Source: Dehalococcoidia bacterium (GTDB taxonomy: Bacteria > Chloroflexota > Dehalococcoidia > GIF9 > AB-539-J10). Taken from it: a DNA stretch of 64,000 nucleotides. A model generated the notes under the pieces. It made no database searches, was not told the DNA's origin, and saw nothing but the letters and a program-made list of their open reading frames with translations. The DNA is taken from the NCBI GenBank assembly GCA_030611085.1, contig JAUWQI010000004.1:1731-65730 (forward strand), in the 5' to 3' direction. Shown here one piece after another: positions 8,704 to 18,184 of the stretch (the first letter of the stretch is position 1; the number at the start of each line of letters is the position of its first letter). Position numbers and translations under genes: made by a program.

Positions 8704-8989
8704 ATAATTCCTCATACAGGTCACGCAATTCTTTATTCATACCATTAACTAATTCAATCTTCTTTTGCCTCGAGCCAGCCTTAATCTGCTTCTCCCGCCA
8801 GATGGCATTTTCTATGTCCTCAAAGACCTCATAATATATCAACTTTGTAACGTTGTATTTTCTAGTAAATCCGCTAGCTAGTTTTCCTTTATGCTCATAG
8901 GCCCTTCTTTTTAAGTCATTAGTGGCGCTAGTATAAAGCACAGTGTTCCTGCTGTTAGTCATTATATAGACATCGTATTGCTTATCCAT
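8702..8989 (-). CDS. GIY-YIG nuclease family protein (small, COG2827-like)
   Basis: MDKQYDVYIMTNSRNTVLYTSATNDLKRRAYEHK...REKQIKAGSRQKK carries the GIY/YIG, Arg and Glu motifs. The upstream ORF extension (MSLRGTKCRSNL) is a translated repeat. Confidence 0.8.
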   Translation of the reverse strand: MDKQYDVYIMTNSRNTVLYTSATNDLKRRAYEHKGKLASGFTRKYNVTKLIYYEVFEDIENAIWREKQIKAGSRQKKIELVNGMNKELRDLYEEL

Positions 8990-9004
8990 AGTTATATTTT
9001 GCGA

Positions 9005-9043
9005 GAGATTGCTTCGGCACTTTGTGCCTCGCAATGACAAAGG
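9005..9043. repeat. Family-B repeat unit (inverted), right flank of GIY-YIG gene
   Basis: The reverse complement reads cctttgtcattgcgaggcacaaagtgccgaagcaatctc. Confidence 0.8.
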
Positions 9044-9112
9044 GGAGAATACCTTCGCCAGGCAAAGAAGAGAGCCTTCCCCATGATAAGAAGCAATTTA
9101 GCAGGAAGCTAG

Positions 9113-12100
9113 TCATACCTGTGGGTTTGGTTGCTCGCTAGGTGGGTCTTGTCCTATCTTCACTTTCTTGGCAAAGCCATCCTCGACAAGACCAATAAAG
9201 ACCTCCACCAACTCAGGGTCGAATTGTGTGCCCGCACCCTGCCTGAGCTCTTTCATCACTTTCTCTTCACAGAGGGCATTGCGGTAAGGGCGTTTAGAAG
9301 TCATGGCAGAAAAAGCGTCAGCTATAGCTAGAATGCGAGCTTCTATGGGGATATTTTTACCCTTGAGCCCTTCAGGATAGCCAGTGCCATCCCATCTCTC
9401 ATGGTGGTGTAAAATGCCACCGAGGCAAGTAACCAGGTCAGGCATATTACCAACGATATTCGCACCCAGTCTAGGATGAGCTTTAATTGCCTCCCAATCT
9501 TCAGGGCTAAGCTCCCCCTTTTTACTCAGTACCTTATCAGAGACGCCAATCTTGCCAATATCGTGAAGCAAGGCGGCAGTGCTCACTCTGGATACATCAT
9601 CGGGCGATAAGCCAATGGTCTCAGCCAGAGCCACAGCATAGGTATTCACTTTTCTAGAATGGCCGTAGGTGTAGGGGTCTTTGGCATCCACTGTTGCGGC
9701 TAAAGCGTAAACGGCGGATAAACCAGCACCCCTGGCAAAAGTTCCAGTCTCTGTTGCTGGCTCAGACAAAATTTTAGAGGAAAGATAAACCCGATTGCCA
9801 CCAGTGTGTTTGGCATAATAAAGTGCGGTATCGGCCGTGGTAACAAGCTCATCGGATATCACCCCATCTGAGGGATAGCTAGCCAAACCAATGCTACAAG
9901 TCACGGCAATATTCTTTGCCTCCATTTCGACAGCAATCTGCGCTCGAACTCGCTCAGCCACGACGTAGGCATCATCTATAGTCGTGTGAGGCAAAATGGC
10001 AATGAACTCATCACCGCCATATCTGAAAGCCTGGTCGGCACCTCGGATAGAGTTCTTGATAATTCTCCCTACTTGGTTCAAGAGCTTGTCGCCGGAAGGA
10101 TGTCCATATATATCGTTGTAGGTCTTAAAGCTATCGAGGTCAAACAAGAATAAGGAAAATACATTACCATGTCTGGAGTGCCGGGCAAGCTCATCTTTGA
10201 GCCTTTCCTCAAAATGGCGACGATTAAATAAGCCGGTAAGCTCATCAATGCGACTTCTCTGCTCTGCCCTGGAATAAAGCAGGGAATTCTCAATGGGCGT
10301 AGCAATCTGCCAAGCTAGTTGTTCCAGAAGGCGTATTTGTTTTTGGCTATAGGCATTGGGTTGGTGACTGGCTATGATTAAACTGCCGATGGCAGTATCC
10401 TTCACAACCAATGGCAGATGAGTGATAGAGCAAATTCCTTCCTCAACATAATGCCCTGCAGTCCAAAATCTGCTAAGTTGTTTTAGATCAGCTTCATATA
10501 AACTTTTCTTATGCTCAACTACCCATTCAGTAGTCGTCCCTTTAAGTGGCACTCTTTCTCCCATGTGACGCACTGAACTTACTTGGCTAGATAGAGCCAA
10601 GATATGAAGCTGGTCCTCTTCAACTAAAGCAATTGTGGCATAATCGAGGGGAATAACTTCCTTTAGCGCATCAGTAAAGCCCTCAAATATCTCTTGGATG
10701 CTAACGCTGGAAGTTATAATTGAGGTCAACTTGTTTATAAGGATTAATTCTTTATCATGGGCTCGCAATTGTTCATGGAAATATTCCTTCTCCATGCTTG
10801 CTGCCACACGGCTGGCAACAGACTCCAGTAAATCAATATCCTCAACGGTGTAAAGTTTCCCATTTCGCTTATCACCTACTGCCAAAATAGCCACAAGTTC
10901 ACCCCTATTTATTAGAGGAATAAACATCTCTACTTTAGCTGATTGAATGTTTTCCTTTTCTTGTTGCCATATAGATTGGAATTCAGGAAAGATGCTGATA
11001 TTCCTTTCCGGCAATATGGTATTTTCTCGCTTCAGCCACTCCACAACAGGGCTATCGTGCCTCGATTTCAGATTTAACATGGGATTACCTTCTGCAGGAG
11101 GGTAGGTAAAGCGGACGGCGAAATCTCCGCTTCCGCCTTCTGGCAAAAGCAAACAAGCTCCACGGCAATCAATAGATTGAGAAAGTAAAGAAATGAGTCC
11201 GCTGCCAAACTGCTTCAGATTAGGAATGCTGCGTATTTGGGTGATAAAGCTAGCTAATTGTTTGCGATAACTATATTTCTCCCCAATAAAAGCTTGTTCT
11301 ATCTTCCTCTGCCAAGCTTTATCCACTATATGAATAGAAAATGCAATAACCGGGATTCCTACGCACAAAGCTACCGCTAGTGTAGTTCGGTCAATTTCAA
11401 AGTTAAACACCAGGTGGATGAGGAAAAGAAGGAGAACGAAAAGAGCAGTGCCAGCGCCATAACTGCCTAGCAGCTTCAGCCCACGGCGCAAAACGACGTG
11501 GGCATCCACCAGGTGATGTGCTACAACAGCATAGGTTAGGATACAGGCCACGATGAGATTGCCGATATGGGCTATGGGGTATCCCCCTCCGTAGGGAACA
11601 ATGGAGCTGGGGATAAAGATTGCTAGGATGGCAATAGCACCAAGTAAATAAGAAATCTGATTATGCTCTACCGGGTCAGGTGAAATCTTACGCCTTCGCA
11701 GCAAAAAATATATATCCTGGACACCTACGATGAATAGGAAAAGAAAACCTATAACAATAATCCAGATACCATAGTCAACATTGATGCCACTGGCGGTAAT
11801 TTCAACACCCCGCGGGATATAGCCCAACAGTGCCAGTGCAATGGCGCTTACTAAGAAAATATATGCCAGTGGTATCTTGATGCGTGCGGACCGATAAAAA
11901 GGATAGATAAAGTAATGGAGTTGGATTAGCATCCAGATGAGAAGGCAGAGAACAATTGCAACTTCAAATAGTTTATCCACCATTAACAAATTGCTGCGAC
12001 TTATGAAGTCGCAGAGGCTCCAGAAGGTTGCTGAAATCAGGAATAAGAAGAAAAACTTTTGCTTCCTACCCCATGGGCGGTTAGCCAGCAAAATAACAAA

Positions 12101-12154
12101 TAGGGGGATATAAGCGATGGCGGCAATTAAAGGAATTAAAGCATGAATATTCAT
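9113..12154 (-). CDS. membrane sensor with GAF domains, GGDEF diguanylate cyclase and HD-GYP phosphodiesterase domains
   Basis: 1013 aa. About 8 N-terminal TM helices. RYGGDEFIAIL (GGDEF). HDIGKIGV...HHERWDGTGYPEGL (HD-GYP). Confidence 0.85.
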   Translation of the reverse strand: MNIHALIPLIAAIAYIPLFVILLANRPWGRKQKFFFLFLISATFWSLCDFISRSNLLMVDKLFEVAIVLCLLIWMLIQLHYFIYPFYRSARIKIPLAYIFLVSAIALALLGYIPRGVEITASGINVDYGIWIIVIGFLFLFIVGVQDIYFLLRRRKISPDPVEHNQISYLLGAIAILAIFIPSSIVPYGGGYPIAHIGNLIVACILTYAVVAHHLVDAHVVLRRGLKLLGSYGAGTALFVLLLFLIHLVFNFEIDRTTLAVALCVGIPVIAFSIHIVDKAWQRKIEQAFIGEKYSYRKQLASFITQIRSIPNLKQFGSGLISLLSQSIDCRGACLLLPEGGSGDFAVRFTYPPAEGNPMLNLKSRHDSPVVEWLKRENTILPERNISIFPEFQSIWQQEKENIQSAKVEMFIPLINRGELVAILAVGDKRNGKLYTVEDIDLLESVASRVAASMEKEYFHEQLRAHDKELILINKLTSIITSSVSIQEIFEGFTDALKEVIPLDYATIALVEEDQLHILALSSQVSSVRHMGERVPLKGTTTEWVVEHKKSLYEADLKQLSRFWTAGHYVEEGICSITHLPLVVKDTAIGSLIIASHQPNAYSQKQIRLLEQLAWQIATPIENSLLYSRAEQRSRIDELTGLFNRRHFEERLKDELARHSRHGNVFSLFLFDLDSFKTYNDIYGHPSGDKLLNQVGRIIKNSIRGADQAFRYGGDEFIAILPHTTIDDAYVVAERVRAQIAVEMEAKNIAVTCSIGLASYPSDGVISDELVTTADTALYYAKHTGGNRVYLSSKILSEPATETGTFARGAGLSAVYALAATVDAKDPYTYGHSRKVNTYAVALAETIGLSPDDVSRVSTAALLHDIGKIGVSDKVLSKKGELSPEDWEAIKAHPRLGANIVGNMPDLVTCLGGILHHHERWDGTGYPEGLKGKNIPIEARILAIADAFSAMTSKRPYRNALCEEKVMKELRQGAGTQFDPELVEVFIGLVEDGFAKKVKIGQDPPSEQPNPQV

Positions 12155-12187
12155 AATGTAAGGCTAGGGCGTTTGGCAATTCAATTT

Positions 12188-12244
12188 GTCATTCTGAGCC
12201 GCAGGCGAAGAATCTCTGAGACCCTTCGCTTCGTTCAGGGTGAC
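12188..12244. repeat. Family-B palindromic element (unit + inverted unit)
   Basis: gtcattctgagccgcaggcgaagaatctc tgag acccttcgcttcgttcagggtgac. Confidence 0.85.
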
Positions 12245-12390
12245 AATAAACATTCTTACAAGGTAATTATTGACATAAATTTGGGAACTGTCAAGAAGGA
12301 CTAAAGTAACGAAAAAAGTCCCTGGCGATGCCGTGAATTGCGACCTAGGTATTAATCAACCATAGCATTGAAACTTTAAGCCTTCAATTT

Positions 12391-12448
12391 GTCATTCTGA
12401 GCCACAGGCGAAGAATCTCTGAGCCCCCTTCGCTATACTCAGGATGAC
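12391..12448. repeat. Family-B palindromic element
   Basis: gtcattctgagccacaggcgaagaatctctgagcccccttcgctatactcaggatgac. It shares the caatttgtcattctgag left flank with the copy at 12188. Confidence 0.85.
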
Positions 12449-12523
12449 AAATGGGAAAGGCGAGGCTATAGCCTCGCCCTACGATTGTTATATTGTCACC
12501 CAACTCAACAAGCCGCTACACGC

Positions 12524-14170
12524 TCAGCTTCGGCTGGCACAGCTTCCACAACAACTCTGGAAGCTCCAAGCAGGGAAAGCATCTTGTCCGAAGGGTTGAT
12601 GCGTGGGTGTCTTCAGATGCCCCAAATCAGCGTTTTCAGCCTCCCGCTGAGCTATATAATTGGAAAAGGCGCCTTGAGGGAGCAAAGTAACCTCTACTGG
12701 TTTTAAGCCAAGCATAGTTTCCATATCGCCGATGAGGCTGTAGAAGTTGCAGCGATATTTTCCATCTAATTTTTTAAATTGCTCACGTATCTCTGCTGCC
12801 ATGCTTCCTTCGCTGGCAATATAATCATCTCTAAGCTCAAGATAGAGATGCAACACAGGCTTATTATCAATTACTTCCTTGCGTGCCACATAATCCACAT
12901 AGGGAATGCCAGTGTTCTCAATTGCCTCCCAGATTACTCTCTCTGTCAGCCGACCAAGACTAGCAATATCAATGAGGTCATCAGCACGTCTTTCAAATGT
13001 CATTTGCGGTATATCAATGCCTAGCTTCTCATTTCGCAGTGAAGTTATCTTGACTATATCGCCGATTCTGTGTCTGACTAGGACACCACCATGAAAATTG
13101 GTAATGACTATCTCGTAACTCTCACCAGCTTTCACCTCATCCAGCAAAACGGTTTTGGGTTGGTAAGAATGGTCTAACTGCCATTTGAACTGTTCTCTTT
13201 CAGGGATAAATTCAAAGAAGTTGAGATTGGAGATAAAAGTCATACCTTCGTAGTCCCAGGCCTGCGTGGCGTAAACACCACCCTCAGTACCACCATAGAG
13301 CTCCAGAGGGCGCTTCCCCCACAGTTCCTCCACCCTTTTCTGGAAAATGGCGCTATCCGCTCCACCACCCACGACTACCTTAATCGACCACAGGTCTTTG
13401 GGCAACATAGGACGACGAGCTAGCTTGCTCTTGATTAATCCTTTAATTAAGCGAGCAGATGCCGTGGGATGGGATAATAAAAAACGCGTGTCTATATTTA
13501 TTGCTCCTTGCTTAAACATCTCACCGATATAAACCAAGATAGAGGGCAAACCGCCAAAAGCATCGAGACCCCGACACAAAGCTTCTCTAAAACCAGTTTC
13601 TATCTTCTCTTGAAATGCCATTCCCTCAGCATTAGAAGGCAAGAAGTCGTAGCCAAGTGCCTGTTGCATCGAGTGTGCTACGACGCCTGATCCATAATAT
13701 CGAGAGCCCATAGTGGACAGGATTTTCAAATGCTCTTTCACTAGAGAATTGCCCTGAGGGTTGCAAGAGGCCAAAAGCCCAACACCACCAGTCACCTTCT
13801 CCAACTCGTATAAGAATCTCTGGGGTAAGGGTATCCACTTGAAGTTGTATTCACCAGCCCTGCCTATAGTATGCACCCACATTGCAGGCTTTGCCGGCAG
13901 CACATCCTCCCTTTTCTCCACAAGCTCAGGAAGATAATCGGCATAAGTGGTCAAGGGCACCTGTTCTCGGAATTCCTCCACGGTTTCCGGCATAGCGCCA
14001 CACATTATCCTCCTGCCCATCTCGCAATTCTTCAACAGCTCAAGTTGCTCCAATAGCAGCCTTTCCTGGATAACCATAAACTGTTCCAAACTGAGGTCAA
14101 TAAAGCCACAACACATTTGCCATAGCTCTTCCTTTTTCCCCTGCCTCAATAAATCAATCGGCCTTAGCAT
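12524..14170 (-). CDS. GH3-family (acyl-adenylate-forming, auxin-responsive-promoter-like) protein
   Basis: 548 aa. FREQVPLTTYADYLPELVEK...KWIPLP and the overall layout resemble bacterial GH3 family proteins. The family assignment is by eye. Confidence 0.5.
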   Translation of the reverse strand: MLRPIDLLRQGKKEELWQMCCGFIDLSLEQFMVIQERLLLEQLELLKNCEMGRRIMCGAMPETVEEFREQVPLTTYADYLPELVEKREDVLPAKPAMWVHTIGRAGEYNFKWIPLPQRFLYELEKVTGGVGLLASCNPQGNSLVKEHLKILSTMGSRYYGSGVVAHSMQQALGYDFLPSNAEGMAFQEKIETGFREALCRGLDAFGGLPSILVYIGEMFKQGAINIDTRFLLSHPTASARLIKGLIKSKLARRPMLPKDLWSIKVVVGGGADSAIFQKRVEELWGKRPLELYGGTEGGVYATQAWDYEGMTFISNLNFFEFIPEREQFKWQLDHSYQPKTVLLDEVKAGESYEIVITNFHGGVLVRHRIGDIVKITSLRNEKLGIDIPQMTFERRADDLIDIASLGRLTERVIWEAIENTGIPYVDYVARKEVIDNKPVLHLYLELRDDYIASEGSMAAEIREQFKKLDGKYRCNFYSLIGDMETMLGLKPVEVTLLPQGAFSNYIAQREAENADLGHLKTPTHQPFGQDAFPAWSFQSCCGSCASRS

Positions 14171-14228
14171 AGTACACCTCCTAATTTTCTCCGAAGCTTT
14201 TTAATTTTGATTTCTCGTTCAAATCTTT

Positions 14229-14278
14229 GTAGTTGCCTGATTTATCAGGCTCGGTCGCCCAATAAATTGGGCAACTAC
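14229..14278. repeat. Family-A structured repeat (inverted orientation)
   Basis: gtagttgcctgatttatcaggctcggtcgcccaataaattgggcaactac. Confidence 0.85.
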
Positions 14279-14301
14279 ATTTTTAAACAGCCTTTTTCCC
14301 T

Positions 14302-14368
14302 GTCATTCTGAGCCGCAGGCGAAGAATCTCTGAGATTCTTCATTCCGCTTCGCTCCATTCAGAATGAC
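14302..14368. repeat. Family-B palindromic element
   Basis: gtcattctgagccgcaggcgaagaatctctgagattcttcattccgcttcgctccattcagaatgac. Confidence 0.85.
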
Positions 14369-14494
14369 AGGGAATATTGAAGATACTATGACAGACCTTA
14401 AAATAGCTTGGGAAGAGATTGTGTTCTAGAAGATAGTTCTATTTGAAGCTGTAGAAAATATGATTGAGAGGAAAATGCGAGGAGAAAGAGAGAA

Positions 14495-14809
14495 TTAGGA
14501 ATCTTTGCCTTTGCTGCCCAGAGCCTGTAGTCTCTGAGTTAACTGCTCAAATTCTTCATTCTTGGGCTGCTTGCCCAACTCTAAACCATAGCTAATGAAG
14601 AATTCCAAGAAATTGCGCAGTAGTTCTTTCGTTCCTTCCTGAAACTGGTGAAATTCTTCCTGAGTTACGCCGTTATGCCTTTTACCTTCTCCCTTTAATT
14701 GGTTCTCGATAAGAAAGTTGAGGAACTCGGAACGGTCCATATCACCACGATTGTCGTCTATCCTTTTCACCAGTTCAGCACCTACTATAAGCATTCTTTT
14801 CTCAGACAT
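14495..14809 (-). CDS. hypothetical protein (possible ribbon-helix-helix N-terminus)
   Basis: 104-aa ORF with upstream RBS ggagcg. No recognisable catalytic motif. Confidence 0.45.
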   Translation of the reverse strand: MSEKRMLIVGAELVKRIDDNRGDMDRSEFLNFLIENQLKGEGKRHNGVTQEEFHQFQEGTKELLRNFLEFFISYGLELGKQPKNEEFEQLTQRLQALGSKGKDS

Positions 14810-14910
14810 TATAACGCTCCTACCATTTTACAATACTCCCTCTTTTTAAACAGGGGATAACCTTTACCATGCTTCCAGGCACCCCCTCTATAACCCACAA
14901 AGCTCGAGCC

Positions 14911-15195
14911 CTAAGCCCCATTGCCATTATTGAAATTAAGCAACTCTGTTACAGTATTTATACTTTTAAGCACCCCCCGCCCTTTATCAGTTACATAATA
15001 GGTAACTATAGGATTGCCCACCTCCACTCTGTTAATAAGCTCGTGGCTTAAGAGAAAACCAAGGTATTTCTGGAGTTGGCTGTAGCTCATGTTGGCGCTG
15101 TACATAATCTCCGTCTTGCCAGCACCATTTTCCCCCACCCGCAGCATATCAGCTATTATCTCTATGTTAGACCGACGACGATTCATTGCCACCAT
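14911..15195 (-). CDS. winged-helix DNA-binding protein
   Basis: 94 aa. RRRSNIEIIADMLRV...KTEIMYSANMSYSQLQKYLGFLLSHELI... is a typical small wHTH pattern. Confidence 0.5.
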   Translation of the reverse strand: MVAMNRRRSNIEIIADMLRVGENGAGKTEIMYSANMSYSQLQKYLGFLLSHELINRVEVGNPIVTYYVTDKGRGVLKSINTVTELLNFNNGNGA

Positions 15196-15409
15196 CCCAC
15201 CCTATTACTATTTACCTAGTACTATTCTACCATAAGGACAACAGAATTTGTCAATAGAACATAGTTCTTGTGCCAGGGGATTGTTGCCAGGGTAGCAATC
15301 TATTGGAGGGGTGGGTGGAAAGAGCCAAGATCCCTCCTATAAAAGATATATCCCACTCGATTACTTGAATATGGACTAATACCTTATTTTCATGTAACTT
15401 AATATTGGT

Positions 15410-15862
15410 ATGAAAGCGCTAGTGCAGCGAGTCACTAAGGCTTCAGTAAGTGTAGAGGACAATATAGTAGGCGAGATTGGTCAAGGGTTGGTGATTCTCC
15501 TTGGCATCGCCCGGGATGATTTAAGGGAAGATGCGCGTTATCTGGCAAATAAAGTAGTTAACCTCCGTATTTTTGCTAACGAAGCAAGCAAATTTGCCCT
15601 TTCAGCGCTGGAGATAAAAGCAGAAATTCTCATAATAAGCCAGTTCACTCTTTTAGCTGATTCACGGAAGGGGAGACGGCCAAGCTTCATTGAAGCAGCG
15701 CCACCAGATAAAGCGAAGGAACTTTATGAATTCTTCATCAATCAGGTTCGTTCCACCGGGCTCAAAGTAGCGACTGGGCTTTTTCAGGAGCGTATGCTAG
15801 TGGAGATTCATAATGATGGGCCGGTAACTTTACTATTGGAGAGCAAGGGGCAAAACCGATAG
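15410..15862 (+). CDS. dtd: D-aminoacyl-tRNA deacylase
   Basis: MKALVQRVTKASVSV...GQGLVILLGI...SQFTLLADSRKGRRPSF...NDGPVT are canonical Dtd motifs. Confidence 0.9.
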   Translation: MKALVQRVTKASVSVEDNIVGEIGQGLVILLGIARDDLREDARYLANKVVNLRIFANEASKFALSALEIKAEILIISQFTLLADSRKGRRPSFIEAAPPDKAKELYEFFINQVRSTGLKVATGLFQERMLVEIHNDGPVTLLLESKGQNR

Positions 15863-15925
15863 TGAATTTGATGCATTGAGGGTGGTGAATAATATGGAAT
15901 ATGCTAATAAGAAAGGAGGAAGATA

Positions 15926-17527
15926 ATGAGCACTAAGATACCAACTACTCTGGGAGTTACAGGTATGAGATATTTGACTCATCATATGACATTGAGGACA
16001 AGAGTGCTCAATTTCCCCAAAAAAGTTGCATTGGTAGATATGCCGCATGGCTACAAAAAGGAAACCTATGAAGAATTATGGTTAAGGTCAAACAGGTTAG
16101 CTAACGCTCTTACTGTGCTGGGAATAAAGAAAGGGGATAAAGTTGCTTACTGGTCAGAAGAGTGTGCAGAGATTGTAGAAATTTGGTATGCCACATCAAA
16201 GATCGGAGCTGTATGGACAGGGGTGAATGCACGATATAAGGGCAGGGAGGCAGAGTATGTGATTAATCATTCGGATGCGGTGGTAATGATTATAAGTCCT
16301 GAGTATGTTGACCAAATAAAATCCATTCAAGCAAACTTGGAGAATATTAAACATTATATAGTGTTGGGTGAAAGGGCTGTAGCGGGTATGCGTAGCTATG
16401 AAGCACTGTTAGCAAAGACCTCAGATAAAGACCCTGAGGTAGAGGTAAAGGATAATGATTGGGATAGTTTAACATATACTTCAGGAACAACTGGTGTGCC
16501 TTCTGGGTCAATGCGTAGTCACACATCTGGGCTTGGTTGGGAATTTACCCTATGCCTCAGTTGTGGCTTTGCACCTGATACTAGAATGCTATCCTGGTAT
16601 CCTAATTATCACTGGGGAGGGCCTGCTGTATGCACAAGGCCCATCCTAATGATGGGTGGAACTAGATGGATACCCGGAGCCCCTAATGCGAAAGAGGCTT
16701 TGGAAGTTATACAAAGCGAAAAAATAAATTTTTTAGCAACTGTACCTTCTATAGCTGTGATGTTATGTACTTATCCTGATATAGATAAATATGATACATC
16801 TAGTGTGAAAGGATGGTTTATGAGTGGTTCTGCTTTCCTTACACCTCATAGAGAACTTGTAGCAAAACACTTCCCCCATGCTCAAATCAGAGAGGTTTAT
16901 AGCTGCACTGAGGCTTTCTTTACTTGTGCTACCCATGAAGAAACGCTGAAGATTGAAAGAGCTTCTGGCAAAGCGGCTCCAGGGAATGAGGTGAAAATTT
17001 TTGACAGGGAGGGGAATGAACTTTCCCCAGGGGAGTGGGGATTAATATGCGTGAGAGGTATGAGCGTCCATGATGGGTATTACAAAAACATGGAGAAGAC
17101 AAAAGATAGCCTGCTCAATGGAGAGTGGTTTACCGCTGAGGATATAGGCTTTAAAGACGAGGATAATAATGTGTATGTCTCTGATCGAGCCAAGGATATT
17201 ATAAATACTGGAGGTGAATTGGTTTACCCAGTGGAAGTTGAGAATGTGCTCTTGACCTACCCAAAAGTAGCTGAATGTGCTGTGATAGGTATTCCTGATC
17301 CAATATACAATGAAAAAGTTACTGCATGTGTGGTATTGAAACTGGGGGAGAAGGGAACACAAGTCTTAGCTAATGAGCTAAAAGAATTCTGCCGAGCTAG
17401 GATGGCATCGTTTAAAATACCGCGGAGAGTGGATTTCATTGGCGAGATACCCAAAGTTGGCAGTGGTAAGATCGACAAAAAGAGATTAAGGGAACCCTAC
17501 TGGGAGAAAGAAAAATTCAAGGTATGA
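15926..17527 (+). CDS. AMP-dependent acyl-CoA synthetase/ligase
   Basis: 533 aa. LTYTSGTTGVPSG (A3), the TGD-like region, and the C-terminal GKIDKKRL. Confidence 0.8.
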   Translation: MSTKIPTTLGVTGMRYLTHHMTLRTRVLNFPKKVALVDMPHGYKKETYEELWLRSNRLANALTVLGIKKGDKVAYWSEECAEIVEIWYATSKIGAVWTGVNARYKGREAEYVINHSDAVVMIISPEYVDQIKSIQANLENIKHYIVLGERAVAGMRSYEALLAKTSDKDPEVEVKDNDWDSLTYTSGTTGVPSGSMRSHTSGLGWEFTLCLSCGFAPDTRMLSWYPNYHWGGPAVCTRPILMMGGTRWIPGAPNAKEALEVIQSEKINFLATVPSIAVMLCTYPDIDKYDTSSVKGWFMSGSAFLTPHRELVAKHFPHAQIREVYSCTEAFFTCATHEETLKIERASGKAAPGNEVKIFDREGNELSPGEWGLICVRGMSVHDGYYKNMEKTKDSLLNGEWFTAEDIGFKDEDNNVYVSDRAKDIINTGGELVYPVEVENVLLTYPKVAECAVIGIPDPIYNEKVTACVVLKLGEKGTQVLANELKEFCRARMASFKIPRRVDFIGEIPKVGSGKIDKKRLREPYWEKEKFKV

Positions 17528-17599
17528 GGGATATCATGTTATCTTCCTATACTATTTGTAGTAAGCCAAAAAGCGAAGCAATCTATTTGTGCATAAAAT

Positions 17600-17628
17600 C
17601 AACTAATTGCATCAGCAACTTATTGCAA
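17600..17628 (+). promoter_or_regulatory. two direct copies of CAACT(A/T)ATTGCA, putative Fur-family operator
   Basis: caactaattgca (17600-17611) and caacttattgca (17616-17627), about 35 nt upstream of the Fur-family gene. The same 12-mer recurs at 18099 and a variant at 21282. Confidence 0.5.
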
Positions 17629-17662
17629 TAATTTTCCTGCCCTGTTACAATCTTACGTTGAG

Positions 17663-18079
17663 GTGAGCTGCCACAAAGTTCTTCAGGAAAAGGGTTATCG
17701 TTTAACTCCACAGCGCATGCTAGTCATCGAGGCTCTTCATGGCGCTGACGGGCACATCAGCGCTGAAGAAATTTACGAGCAATTACATAGTCGTTACCCT
17801 TATAGCAACATCTCTACTGTGTACCGCACCTTGGAATTATTAAAGAAGCTTAACTTAGTCACTGAAACTGGTTTTGGTGATGGGTGTGTCCGTTATCATG
17901 TTGCTGAGAAGGGGCATCACCACCATCTTGTCTGCCGCACCTGCGGCAAAATAATGGATTTAGATGAATCTGTGCTATATCCGCTAAAAGACGCTTTGCT
18001 TCATGATTATGGATTTGATGCTGATTTGAGGCATTTAGCTATTTTGGGAGAGTGCGGCGAGTGTCATAGGCGAGAATAA
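17663..18079 (+). CDS. Fur-family metalloregulator (Fur/Zur/PerR type)
   Basis: 138 aa with a GTG start. LTPQRMLVIEAL...HISAEEIY... wHTH, the HHHHLVCRTCG and CGEC metal sites. Confidence 0.85.
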   Translation: MSCHKVLQEKGYRLTPQRMLVIEALHGADGHISAEEIYEQLHSRYPYSNISTVYRTLELLKKLNLVTETGFGDGCVRYHVAEKGHHHHLVCRTCGKIMDLDESVLYPLKDALLHDYGFDADLRHLAILGECGECHRRE

Positions 18080-18098
18080 TTTTTTTGCTTGATTAGTG

Positions 18099-18110
18099 CA
18101 ACTAATTGCA
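18099..18110 (+). promoter_or_regulatory. CAACTAATTGCA motif copy upstream of FmdE-like gene
   Basis: Exact 12-mer identical to 17600-17611, located 75 nt upstream of the 18185 start. Confidence 0.45.
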
Positions 18111-18184
18111 AATGCAAGGAGTGTCGGAAAATAAAACTTACTCTGATAAACTAAACAGATTCAAAAATAAATAGGAGGCGTTAC

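Noticed and set aside
8625-8834. Track ORFs built on repeat sequence (8625-8834, 12485-12706, 12493-12690, 44994-45185).
   Set aside because: They consist largely of translated Family-B repeat units or antisense sequence of real genes. They lack an RBS and any recognisable motif.
12188-14368. The possibility that the short repeats form a CRISPR array.
   Set aside because: The copies are individually palindromic, irregularly spaced over tens of kb, differ in sequence and have no unique spacers of uniform length. No cas genes other than Cas4-like nucleases are present.
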